Assembly (NCBI RefSeq): GCF_056746865.1
Contig: NZ_CM163382.1
DNA length: 64,000 bases
Direction: 5' to 3' (one strand)
The notes beneath the pieces are model-generated. The model was not told the origin of the DNA. It searched no databases and saw only the letters and a program-made list of their open reading frames with translations. Made by a program: the position numbers and the translations under genes. Of the stretch, positions 37,031 to 45,423 are shown one piece after another (the stretch's first letter is position 1; every line of letters starts with the position of its first letter).

Positions 37031-37591
37031 TTACTCTGCAGTTAGATCAACAATACCTTTATCCCAGTGTCTTTTTACAGTGGATAAACTGATGCTTAAT
37101 TTTCTGGCTGTTTGTGACTGACTGAACCCCTGCAATTTCAACTGTCTGATATTTTTACTATGAATACTCCCTTCTTTCCTTCCTGGTTTTCTTTTAATTT
37201 TCCGGATACTGATGTCGGGAATTTTTCCTCTAATATCTGTAGGTAAAATCATCCCGGTGAGTACCACAGGAATATCATCACCATCCGGCAACTCTGATGA
37301 CGTAAAAAAGCAAATATTAATACCTTGTCTGATACTTAAAGATAAAACCTCCTGTATTTTTTCCGGCGTATTACCAAAACAAGTTAACGATTTAGTAATC
37401 AGAATATCACCCCTTTGCATATCCTGCGTCAGGAGTCGAACTAACCGTTTTCTGTCTGCCAGAGTATAATCCGGGCGACCCAATTCGCCTGTTAACTGCA
37501 ATAGTGGTTCTTTAAAATATCTCTGAATCATGGATTTTAAGCGATTAAGTTTTGACCATTTTTCAGAGTCTATGTATGCAAAACTCGCCAT
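37031..37591 (-). CDS. Serine-recombinase (resolvase/invertase) homolog with C-terminal HTH, lacking the catalytic residues
   Basis: Aligns to gamma-delta resolvase (GDILITKSLTCFGN vs GDVILVKKLDRLGR; C-terminal HTH ...QTARKLSISLSTVKRHW) but YARVST is replaced by YIDSEK and DR..R by TC..N. Confidence 0.6.
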   Translation of the reverse strand: MASFAYIDSEKWSKLNRLKSMIQRYFKEPLLQLTGELGRPDYTLADRKRLVRLLTQDMQRGDILITKSLTCFGNTPEKIQEVLSLSIRQGINICFFTSSELPDGDDIPVVLTGMILPTDIRGKIPDISIRKIKRKPGRKEGSIHSKNIRQLKLQGFSQSQTARKLSISLSTVKRHWDKGIVDLTAE

Positions 37592-37812
37592 AATGCCTCA
37601 AACTGGTGTCATGAATTAATTATTGAACCTGTTTTTTCCTGAGTCGCATTACTCTTTTCTAAGGGAGGCTCTCCAGATACATCGGAAAAGTACTCGATAA
37701 AAGAGTTGGCCACTCCCGGGTAATGATTGCTCTCTTTAACCTCAGAAAGCGGTTTCTGTTCATCATTTACACCACGATTTCTGGGTTATGAATAAATCTA
37801 CGCGGGCCATAA

Positions 37813-38559
37813 TCATTCATCTTCAAATGGGTTAATAATAATAACATCTCCACCTGTTCTGGAACTTTGTGAAACTTCCTCTGTTCTCAGAACAGGCACT
37901 ATTACAGCCTTATTATTGATATAAAAAATCGGAATATGAAAAGTACAAAATCCTGTACTACGAATCTGATGTCGCCTCACTGTTTCTTTCGTACCATACT
38001 CAATCAACTCATCTATCGGCAGGCAAACTGAATTGCAAAAGTCAAAAAAATAATCCCCAAAAACACTGGTTTTAATCAGAATGGTTTTATAAAACCCTCC
38101 TGCACGATTCAGGGTATGGGAAACTTTTCTGTTCGTGTAAATACAAATTGCCTTCTCAACTTTATAATATTCCAGCATTAAGGTCGCATTCTCTTTAATT
38201 CCCTTTTTCTCTGCAACTCCCATAGCATTTCTGGTGCTTTCATGAGGAAATATCTTTCTATCGAGAACATCATATTCATATTTGATATGCGATTTATAAA
38301 TGCTATGAAAAAACTCTCCTTTTGTTATTTCAGGCTTTGTCCGTTGCACAAATGGTTCCTCATTAAAAAACTGACGTAGCTTATCCTCTATATCAGTTAT
38401 AGCAGCAATATTTTCATTTATCCTGTTTAAAACAGGAGCCCCTAGCTTTAAACACTCTTTAATCGCTGCTGAAAATGAGCATTTTTTTAAATGCTGATAC
38501 TTTTTAATTACATCAGCTTCATATGTTTCTGCAAGAGAGAAAGAGACACGTTTCATCAT
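37813..38559 (-). CDS. Hypothetical protein with N-terminal ribbon-helix-helix-like domain (248 aa)
   Basis: N-terminus MMKRVSFSLAETYEADVIKKYQHLKKCSFSAAIKECLKLG has the beta-strand/helix pattern of RHH (CopG/Arc) domains; the remainder is unassigned. Confidence 0.45.
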   Translation of the reverse strand: MMKRVSFSLAETYEADVIKKYQHLKKCSFSAAIKECLKLGAPVLNRINENIAAITDIEDKLRQFFNEEPFVQRTKPEITKGEFFHSIYKSHIKYEYDVLDRKIFPHESTRNAMGVAEKKGIKENATLMLEYYKVEKAICIYTNRKVSHTLNRAGGFYKTILIKTSVFGDYFFDFCNSVCLPIDELIEYGTKETVRRHQIRSTGFCTFHIPIFYINNKAVIVPVLRTEEVSQSSRTGGDVIIINPFEDE

Positions 38560-38621
38560 GAAACTCCTTTTTAATTATAAAATTAAAATATAGAAATATA
38601 TATTATTCTGATACTATAAGG

Positions 38622-38849
38622 TTAATACTGACTAATCCACCACAATAGATCACTTAATAACCACCCACAGGATTTCTTTCCAATAGTTTTACGTGGCGGG
38701 AATTTTCCTTCACGTTCCAGTTTCCAGGCTTGTGAACGAGAAATAGACGTAATTTTCTGGCGTTCCTTTTCTCGTACCAGTCTGTCACAGGTGTATCCAT
38801 AGATCTTCAAAATTGATAAACGGTTCTCATCTCTTAACGGCTTCCACAT
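38622..38849 (-). CDS. AlpA-family prophage transcriptional regulator
   Basis: ...ITSISRSQAWKLEREGKFPPRKTIGKKSCGWLLSDLLWWI matches the AlpA pattern (SRSTIYRL..GKFP.P.KLG.RSV.W...V..WI). Confidence 0.65.
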   Translation of the reverse strand: MWKPLRDENRLSILKIYGYTCDRLVREKERQKITSISRSQAWKLEREGKFPPRKTIGKKSCGWLLSDLLWWISQY

Positions 38850-39628
38850 ATTGCTCTCCTTATATATTCATGATTTTCAGATTGTATATGCATGTGAGCT
38901 GCTCAAATCACTACATCTATCTGTAGTGGTATGCTGTTGAACAGCACCAGCAACTCACGAGCAAAACAATACATTTGCACAACCAAGAAATCAAATTGCG
39001 AGAAATGATTTAATTAACTGACTTCTAATAACACAATAACAACAAAGAAAGTCACAATATAAAAATAACTTAAACAATGCTTTTTGGTATACAAAATAAA
39101 AATCAAAATCACAATATTCGTAGGTTATTTTATGCAGACAAAAACAAAAAAAATCTTGTTATAATCTATGATATCAAGAGGAGGGGTAGTGACCAAAAAT
39201 TCTCCCCAGAAAAGCCCCCACAACATTAGTTTGAAAACGTGACGAAGTTCACAAAATTATCTTCTGGCGATAATAGAACTTGTAAGAGGGAGTTGATTTT
39301 TGCCAACTTTCTAAAGCTAAAGTGCAGACAAAAGATAATAATTGAATGAAAACGATACATATTTTCAGATGAAAGTGACGTGACTGTAGAGGGCTATAAC
39401 CGTAAAATCATTTGCGTCCTGAGCAATATGCAACAAAAGGGAATGCTCGTAAAAAAATCAGGAATAAACGCTAAGGATATCGTATTAGATTCAGCATCGT
39501 ATAATGCCACTGCATAACTGATTCCCATTTCGTAGAGGCTGTTAACTCTGTATCAATGTCCTGACAAAGGACTGTATCAAGTTTCTCTACTGGAAACAGC
39601 TATGCAATAGACGGAAGAATTTAACATT

Positions 39629-41233
39629 ATGGTAACTAAAAAGGTAAAAACAAACCACCCGTACTATCGTGTTTTATCCGGCACCTCCATGCCGTTTCCC
39701 CACATACATGAAGCTGTTTCCGAACAGTTGCTTCTACTCATTTTCAAAGCACGCAGATTGTATCTGGATCCAGAATATCGTCCTTGGTTTGATGAACAAC
39801 ATCGGATTCTCTCGGCATTACGCGCTAACACAAAACTCCAAAGTATTTTAGAGAAAAACAGAGAGAACTACTCCATAAGTGAGACCGATAATCCACTATC
39901 TAAAGATCTGTATGCTGCTTTTCAGGTTATGTGCCATTTATACAATGGTTTTGATAACAGACTCGTCAGCCTGAAAACCTGGGGAGATATGAACAGGGAA
40001 CCAACAGCAAAATTTGTCGGCCAAAATAGTGGTGGCTGGAAAACACCTGAGATGGAAGAATTCGTCAGAAACGATTTGTTCAATATTCTGACAGATTGTA
40101 AAGCTCATTGCTCACCACTTCCCGCTCTGGTTCGACAAGGATATTGCCATCAGGATCTTTCTGTTGCGCACTCATGTACTAAAGAATTACTGGAACAACT
40201 GAACCGATACCATCAAATTGATGAATCAGCGATACTTGCCAGAACCCTTGGTTTGGCTATTAACAACTGCTATCACTCAGAAACAGAGATTCCTGAATGG
40301 CTTTCTCCTTTTGAAAATGAATACAAAAGTCCCTGGAATTGTGAGAAACCAGATACTAACGATGTGAGTAAACTTAGAAAACAATTGCTAACAATCGGGC
40401 GTACAGAATTCGTGGACAAAATGTTTTCGCTAGCCAACAAAAATGCAACAAAGATAATATATGATGGATACGTTAAACTTTATGCTCTGGAAATATATGA
40501 ATGGTTAAATAAATTAGTGCAATATTTTAAAGGAAATGATTTTATTCGTTACACCTGGAAGTTCACAACAATTATTTCCGATGAAAGTGACACGATTGAA
40601 AACACCACCGCATGGGAAAAAGACTATTGTCAAATCACTATACAGCGTGATGAACTTCTGAAACTGATTTATACCAATACCCTGCAGGATGCAGCAATGA
40701 ATCTTGCTGATTGCCTGCAACAGGCATACACAGAACCGTTAAAAATGGAAATAAATTATCCAGGAATAAACATTGATGCAAAAGAGCGTAAAATTAGAAA
40801 ATCTATTGAATTCAGGAGCGAACTGAATAACTTCACAAACATCATGAAACAACTGGAAATATTTGAAAAATGGTATAACGCCAATAAAATTCTGTTGGTA
40901 AGTAACAAAAAGATACGTACAGAAAAGATTGACGTGAATATTCGTCTTGCAGGACTAAAAGGCTATGATCTGAATGAAGGTATACCTGATGGTCAGGGAC
41001 GCAGAATTAAAGATGGTGTAAATGAACTTGTCAAGGCAGATGGCAGTCTACAACTTCCACAAGATATCAGTGACACTTCGCTTAACCGTTACCGTCAAGC
41101 AGTTCAACACATTATTAAGGATGAGATCGACACGTTGCTGATAGCACAGAGGGAAAAAAATAAAATAAATCCATATAGCGAAGATAGATACTCGATACGA
41201 CCTTTATGGGGAAAATGTCTGGTCGAACAGTAA
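39629..41233 (+). CDS. Hypothetical protein (534 aa), AT-rich, in the integrase-proximal cargo slot; function unknown
   Basis: Long ORF with SD GGAAG upstream; no recognisable catalytic motifs apart from a possible R-x4-H (RQAVQH) near the C-terminus. Confidence 0.6.
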   Translation: MVTKKVKTNHPYYRVLSGTSMPFPHIHEAVSEQLLLLIFKARRLYLDPEYRPWFDEQHRILSALRANTKLQSILEKNRENYSISETDNPLSKDLYAAFQVMCHLYNGFDNRLVSLKTWGDMNREPTAKFVGQNSGGWKTPEMEEFVRNDLFNILTDCKAHCSPLPALVRQGYCHQDLSVAHSCTKELLEQLNRYHQIDESAILARTLGLAINNCYHSETEIPEWLSPFENEYKSPWNCEKPDTNDVSKLRKQLLTIGRTEFVDKMFSLANKNATKIIYDGYVKLYALEIYEWLNKLVQYFKGNDFIRYTWKFTTIISDESDTIENTTAWEKDYCQITIQRDELLKLIYTNTLQDAAMNLADCLQQAYTEPLKMEINYPGINIDAKERKIRKSIEFRSELNNFTNIMKQLEIFEKWYNANKILLVSNKKIRTEKIDVNIRLAGLKGYDLNEGIPDGQGRRIKDGVNELVKADGSLQLPQDISDTSLNRYRQAVQHIIKDEIDTLLIAQREKNKINPYSEDRYSIRPLWGKCLVEQ

Positions 41234-41315
41234 CTCACTGAGAAAGGGGATAGCAGTTCGCTATCCCCAAAGGAGACTTTCCAGCAAGATCTCAAAAAAT
41301 GAGACACTCAGCAAA

Positions 41316-41942
41316 TTATGCGGCTTTACCATTAACAGATTCAGCCACAAGAACGACAGCGTGTCTGTTTCGCTCAGGATGTTCACTCCAGATTTCTGAT
41401 TCCGGGATGCTTTTCCCGTCATAACTGATCCGTTCGCCATCAAACGGGTAATACCGTGCGGAATCAGTATCTAAAATAAACACCTTCAGATTCGTTGAAC
41501 GACGCGCAATATGCTGCCAGAGAGCTTTACCTCCTTCATATTGCTCGTTATCACTTAATAGTACAACGCCCGCTTTTGTGACTATCGTTTCATAAACAAA
41601 CGTTGCAAGACCAACATCACGTACAGCGCCATCGACAACAATCCCTTCAATCTGAGCAACATCCTGTTCTTCCCAGAATTTCTGGACAAACACGCCTTCA
41701 AGCCGGGGACGACGCTGAAGCTCCAGAGTGGCAACAACCTTATGGCGAACATCACCATCAATAACAGAAGGTGCAGCTTCGATTACCGCAGCAAACGGAG
41801 TCTTTGGATCCCAGATGATCTGGTAAAGCACGCCCTGAATAGTTACTCCATCCAGTATCGAAAAACGACGAGCTACAGTAGCAGGGGAGTAAGACATTGG
41901 AATTACAGCCATTTTTGAATCCCCTCTGAGTAATACCGGCAC
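41316..41942 (-). CDS. Hypothetical protein (198-208 aa); GTG start at 41942 or ATG at 41912
   Basis: ORF convergent with the 534-aa gene; both candidate starts have an SD; no family recognised. Confidence 0.5.
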   Translation of the reverse strand: MPVLLRGDSKMAVIPMSYSPATVARRFSILDGVTIQGVLYQIIWDPKTPFAAVIEAAPSVIDGDVRHKVVATLELQRRPRLEGVFVQKFWEEQDVAQIEGIVVDGAVRDVGLATFVYETIVTKAGVVLLSDNEQYEGGKALWQHIARRSTNLKVFILDTDSARYYPFDGERISYDGKSIPESEIWSEHPERNRHAVVLVAESVNGKAA

Positions 41943-42041
41943 GAAAATTTACCTCAATAATTATAGTAAACAATACAAGAACCAAGTGCATCAACAATAC
42001 CCATCAATTGTACACAATTCGTACAGCAACCAGGAACTCCC

Positions 42042-43358
42042 TCACCTTCTGCCAAACAGATTGACAACATTATTGCCTGTTTGCTGTTGATAGTTATTAA
42101 CCCGGTCCTCCCAGATCTCAAGTGCTCTGCGTTTTTCTGGCAAATAATCGTATCGATCATAATGTTTTGAACTGACATCGTTCAACGCATGATTTTGAAT
42201 ACGATCGCGGATTTCCTTACTGATCCCAGCTTCTCCCATTAACGTTTTACAGGTCCGACGTAAGTCACGTGCTGTAAAAATTTTAAAGTCAGGATTAAAA
42301 GCCCGGAAATACATGATAGCGCGAGCCAGACTGTCCGTACGAACCGGACGCTTACCATTAGTCGAAAGTGGAAAAATGTAAGGGCTGGATTTTTCTTTTG
42401 TTAACTCCTGCACACAGGATAATTCCTGTAATGCTGATTCAGTCAACGGTATCAAATGCTCTCGTTTATTTTTAGAGACATCAGCAGTCACCAGCAGCGT
42501 TTTTTGTTGAAAATCAACATCACACCACTGACTGGCGATCATTTCGAAAGGACGTTGCCCTCCGGTATAGATACAGAATCGGATCAAATGTTGCATCAAT
42601 AATCCAACGTTGGTTGCTTCAGCAAAATGTTCCATTAGAAAACGCAACTCTTCAAGTGTCAGCCAGGTATCACCGACTTTTTCAGCAGATGACTGTTTCG
42701 GTATCACTGACACCGGATTTGCCTCCAGCCCAAAAGTAATCCCTACACTTGTGTTCATCGGATCGTTATCTGCTTTCAGTCCATAGTTAAATGCAGCCAT
42801 CAGGTAAGAACGGATCCGGTTAGAGTGAACCACAGCACCGCGCTGAATGATCCCGGCCAGGATATGTTTAATCTGTCCGGAAGTCACATCTTTAGCTTTA
42901 GTTTCACGGGGGATCACTGTATAGCATTCATTTTCAAGGCGTTTCAGAACATCCTGCCATGTCCTCTTATTATCAATTTTCATTTTGTTAACATAACCAT
43001 GAATCAATGCTTCAAATGAGCCCTGTGATTGATGGAGTTGTATCCGCTGCTGTTCTGCAAACTGTTGTCGTTCCAGTTCTGCCTGGGGATCCTTTCCTTC
43101 AATGAGCCAGGCACCATACTTTTTTGTCAGTTCATTCGCTGTGGCCAGTTTCATCTCAGGCCATATACCCAATTGAATGAATCTTTCTTTTTTCCCTTTT
43201 TCCACGTAATAGCGGAAATAGAAAATCTTGCTGCCAGAAGGCTGAACTTTGACACCAAGTCGTCCAGTGCCACGTTGAGAGCTGTTGCTCCAGACATAGA
43301 ACGATGTCTTTTTTGCTTTCAATGCTCGGATGGCTGTTTCAGTAAGATTGACGGCCAT
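42042..43358 (-). CDS. int: P4-type tyrosine integrase
   Basis: 438-aa protein with N-terminal arm-binding domain (KIFYFRYY...) and C-terminal tyrosine-recombinase domain; adjacent to the tRNA-derived attachment core. Confidence 0.85.
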   Translation of the reverse strand: MAVNLTETAIRALKAKKTSFYVWSNSSQRGTGRLGVKVQPSGSKIFYFRYYVEKGKKERFIQLGIWPEMKLATANELTKKYGAWLIEGKDPQAELERQQFAEQQRIQLHQSQGSFEALIHGYVNKMKIDNKRTWQDVLKRLENECYTVIPRETKAKDVTSGQIKHILAGIIQRGAVVHSNRIRSYLMAAFNYGLKADNDPMNTSVGITFGLEANPVSVIPKQSSAEKVGDTWLTLEELRFLMEHFAEATNVGLLMQHLIRFCIYTGGQRPFEMIASQWCDVDFQQKTLLVTADVSKNKREHLIPLTESALQELSCVQELTKEKSSPYIFPLSTNGKRPVRTDSLARAIMYFRAFNPDFKIFTARDLRRTCKTLMGEAGISKEIRDRIQNHALNDVSSKHYDRYDYLPEKRRALEIWEDRVNNYQQQTGNNVVNLFGRR

Positions 43359-43405
43359 AGAACCTCTTTTCTAAACCAGTAACAATCAGAATAACTCGTG
43401 ATTTT

Positions 43406-43428
43406 GGGTCAGGTAATGGGTCAGGTAA
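43406..43428. repeat. Tandem direct repeats GGGTCAGGTAA x2 between integrase and the att core (candidate integrase arm sites)
   Basis: Two 11-bp copies separated by 1 bp, located 48 bp upstream of the integrase start. Confidence 0.5.
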
Positions 43429-43554
43429 CGATCGTACAATGAAGAAAAAACGGAACCAAGCGGAGACAGGGAAAATCACATAATTTATTGATTACAAACA
43501 ACTAATAAAGCAATCACGAACAAACAAAAACAATATAGAACGAACTTGCCTCAT

Positions 43555-43601
43555 GACTCATAATCGCTTGGTCGCTGGTTCAAGTCCAGCAGGGGCCACC
43601 A
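43555..43601 (+). other. ileX: 3' 47 nt of tRNA-Ile(CAU) (ileX-type): island/backbone junction (att core); the 5' part of the tRNA is absent here
   Basis: GACTCATAATCGCTTGGTCGCTGGTTCAAGTCCAGCAGGGGCCACCA matches the remembered 3' portion of E. coli tRNA-Ile2 from the anticodon loop to CCA; sequence upstream does not match the tRNA. Confidence 0.7.
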
Positions 43602-43610
43602 GATATAGCA

Positions 43611-43645
43611 AAGGCTGACGAGAAATCGTCAGCCTTTTTCTTTTT
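43611..43645 (+). terminator. Rho-independent terminator (native ileX terminator)
   Basis: Hairpin AAGGCTGACG-agaaat-CGTCAGCCTT followed by TTTTTCTTTTT. Confidence 0.75.
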
Positions 43646-43654
43646 ATATATCAG

Positions 43655-44419
43655 TTACTTTGCGTGCCAGTAAGCCGCTGCACGTACCCGCTGTGGATCA
43701 TACTGTTCCGCTTCAAAGCGGCGGCTTAAATTCTTAACGACTTTGCCTTCGCCGGTTATCCAGATGAAGTAATCATCGGCAGGGATTTGCATCTGCGCCA
43801 GACGCGCATCTACCGCCTGCTCATCATGTGCCAGCCATTCGATATTAAAACCATCAAGGTGCGCGAGATAATCCTGACAGGCGTGATCCCGCACGCTAAC
43901 CAGCGCGCTAACTTGCGGTTTAACAGCAAGTTTGCTCAACGTTTCCAGGCGGCGGCGCAGTGCGGGCATTCCGGATTCATCGCAGACATACAGCTGATAC
44001 GCGTAATCCTCTGGCATCACCAGCGAACCGCGCGGACCTGCCACCGTGAGTTTATCGCCCGGTTGCGCCTGCATTGCCCAGCTGCTGGCGACGCCACCTT
44101 CGTGAATAAAGAAATCAATCGCCAGTTCATGGCGTAGTTCGTCATACAGCGGCGTATAGTCACGCGACGGTGGGCGTGGTCCTTCCGGCCAGACGATGCC
44201 CTCTTCCGTTACCGTTGGCGGCACAAAGTGAGCATCAGATTGAGGAAAGAAGAGTTTGCTGTGATCGTCAAAGCCGCGCGATGTAAAACCGTCCAGCGCC
44301 TCGCCGCCAAGGACAATGCGCTGAAAACCGGCGCTAATACGCTCAGCGCGTAGCACAGTCAGTTCACGGAAGCGCAGATCATTGCGAACGCGCTGCGGGT
44401 AGCGGGGGGAGTTATTCAT
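43655..44419 (-). CDS. yqjH: Siderophore-interacting protein / NADPH-dependent ferric chelate reductase
   Basis: 254-aa protein matching remembered E. coli K-12 YqjH; conserved position after ileX. Confidence 0.9.
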   Translation of the reverse strand: MNNSPRYPQRVRNDLRFRELTVLRAERISAGFQRIVLGGEALDGFTSRGFDDHSKLFFPQSDAHFVPPTVTEEGIVWPEGPRPPSRDYTPLYDELRHELAIDFFIHEGGVASSWAMQAQPGDKLTVAGPRGSLVMPEDYAYQLYVCDESGMPALRRRLETLSKLAVKPQVSALVSVRDHACQDYLAHLDGFNIEWLAHDEQAVDARLAQMQIPADDYFIWITGEGKVVKNLSRRFEAEQYDPQRVRAAAYWHAK

Positions 44420-44564
44420 TGTTATCGCCTTCGTGATAGTAATCAGATATATCTAAATAAATTTCGCAAATGATAATGATTGTTAATCATGATAAATGCA
44501 AGCGATTTGTAGAACTGATATATCTGAAGTATGAGAAGACATTCAGCGTCGTAGCAAGGCTGTT

Positions 44565-44595
44565 GGATGCGGCGTGAACGAATTATCCGGCCTGG
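44565..44595. repeat. REP element
   Basis: GGATGCGGCGTGAACGAATTATCCGGCCTGG. Confidence 0.6.
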
Positions 44596-44695
44596 ATGTG
44601 AGGTGTATTCACGTTTAAAAATCATTTTTATACTTGCAAAAGCGCTCATATCAGATATAAATTAGATATATCTAATTAAGCAAAAGGAGGCTGAT

Positions 44696-45319
44696 ATGAG
44701 CCATCATCACGAAGGGTGTTGTAAACATGAAGGCCAGCCACGCCATGAAGGCTGCTGCAAAGGTGAGAAGTCAGAACATGAGCACTGCGGACACGGTCAC
44801 CAGCATGAACACGGTCAATGCTGCGGTGGTCGCCACGGTCGCGGCGGCGGTCGTCGGCAGCGTTTCTTTGGTCACGGTGAATTGCGTCTGGTGATTCTGG
44901 ATATTCTCTCGCGCGATGACAGCCACGGTTACGAATTGATTAAAGCGATTGAGAATCTAACCCAGGGGAATTACACCCCAAGCCCGGGTGTCATCTACCC
45001 GACGCTGGATTTTCTGCAGGAGCAGTCGCTGATTACCATCCGCGAAGAGGAAGGTGGTAAGAAGCAGATTGCGTTGACCGAACAGGGCGCGCAGTGGCTG
45101 GAAGAAAACCGCGAACAGGTGGAGATGATCGAAGAACGCATCAAAGCGCGTTGCGTTGGTGCTGCACTCCGCCAGAACCCGCAAATGAAGCGGGCGCTGG
45201 ATAATTTTAAAGCGGTGCTGGATTTACGCGTCAACCAGAGCGATATCACTGATGCACAAATAAAAAAGATCATTGCGGTGATCGACCGCGCCGCTTTTGA
45301 TATTACGCAACTGGATTAA
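44696..45319 (+). CDS. yqjI: PadR-family transcriptional regulator with His/Cys-rich N-terminus
   Basis: MSHHHEGCCKHEGQPRHEGCCKGEK... matches remembered K-12 YqjI. Confidence 0.9.
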   Translation: MSHHHEGCCKHEGQPRHEGCCKGEKSEHEHCGHGHQHEHGQCCGGRHGRGGGRRQRFFGHGELRLVILDILSRDDSHGYELIKAIENLTQGNYTPSPGVIYPTLDFLQEQSLITIREEEGGKKQIALTEQGAQWLEENREQVEMIEERIKARCVGAALRQNPQMKRALDNFKAVLDLRVNQSDITDAQIKKIIAVIDRAAFDITQLD

Positions 45320-45325
45320 TCACCG

Positions 45326-45412
45326 ATTGCCGGATGTGGCGTGCCCTACCCCCCCGTAGGCCTGATAAGATGCGCCGCATCGCATCAGGCATTGTGCGCC
45401 AACCGCCGGATG
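45326..45412. repeat. REP/BIME cluster
   Basis: Repeated GCCGGATG.GGCG / CGCATCAGGC palindromic units. Confidence 0.6.
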
Positions 45413-45423
45413 CGGCATATCGA

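Noticed and set aside
37658-37765. Possible ~35-codon ORF (MMNRNRFLRLKRAIITREWPTLLSSTFPMYLESLP) on the minus strand between the RHH gene and the resolvase homolog
   Set aside because: Short, weak SD, coordinates derived by eye; insufficient evidence to call a gene
43406-43428. Tandem repeats as a CRISPR-like array
   Set aside because: Only two 11-bp copies with a 1-bp spacer and no cas genes; more consistent with integrase arm sites
43555-43601. A functional tRNA-Ile gene
   Set aside because: Only the 3' 47 nt are present; the acceptor 5' strand, D-arm and anticodon stem 5' side are missing, so this is an att-site remnant
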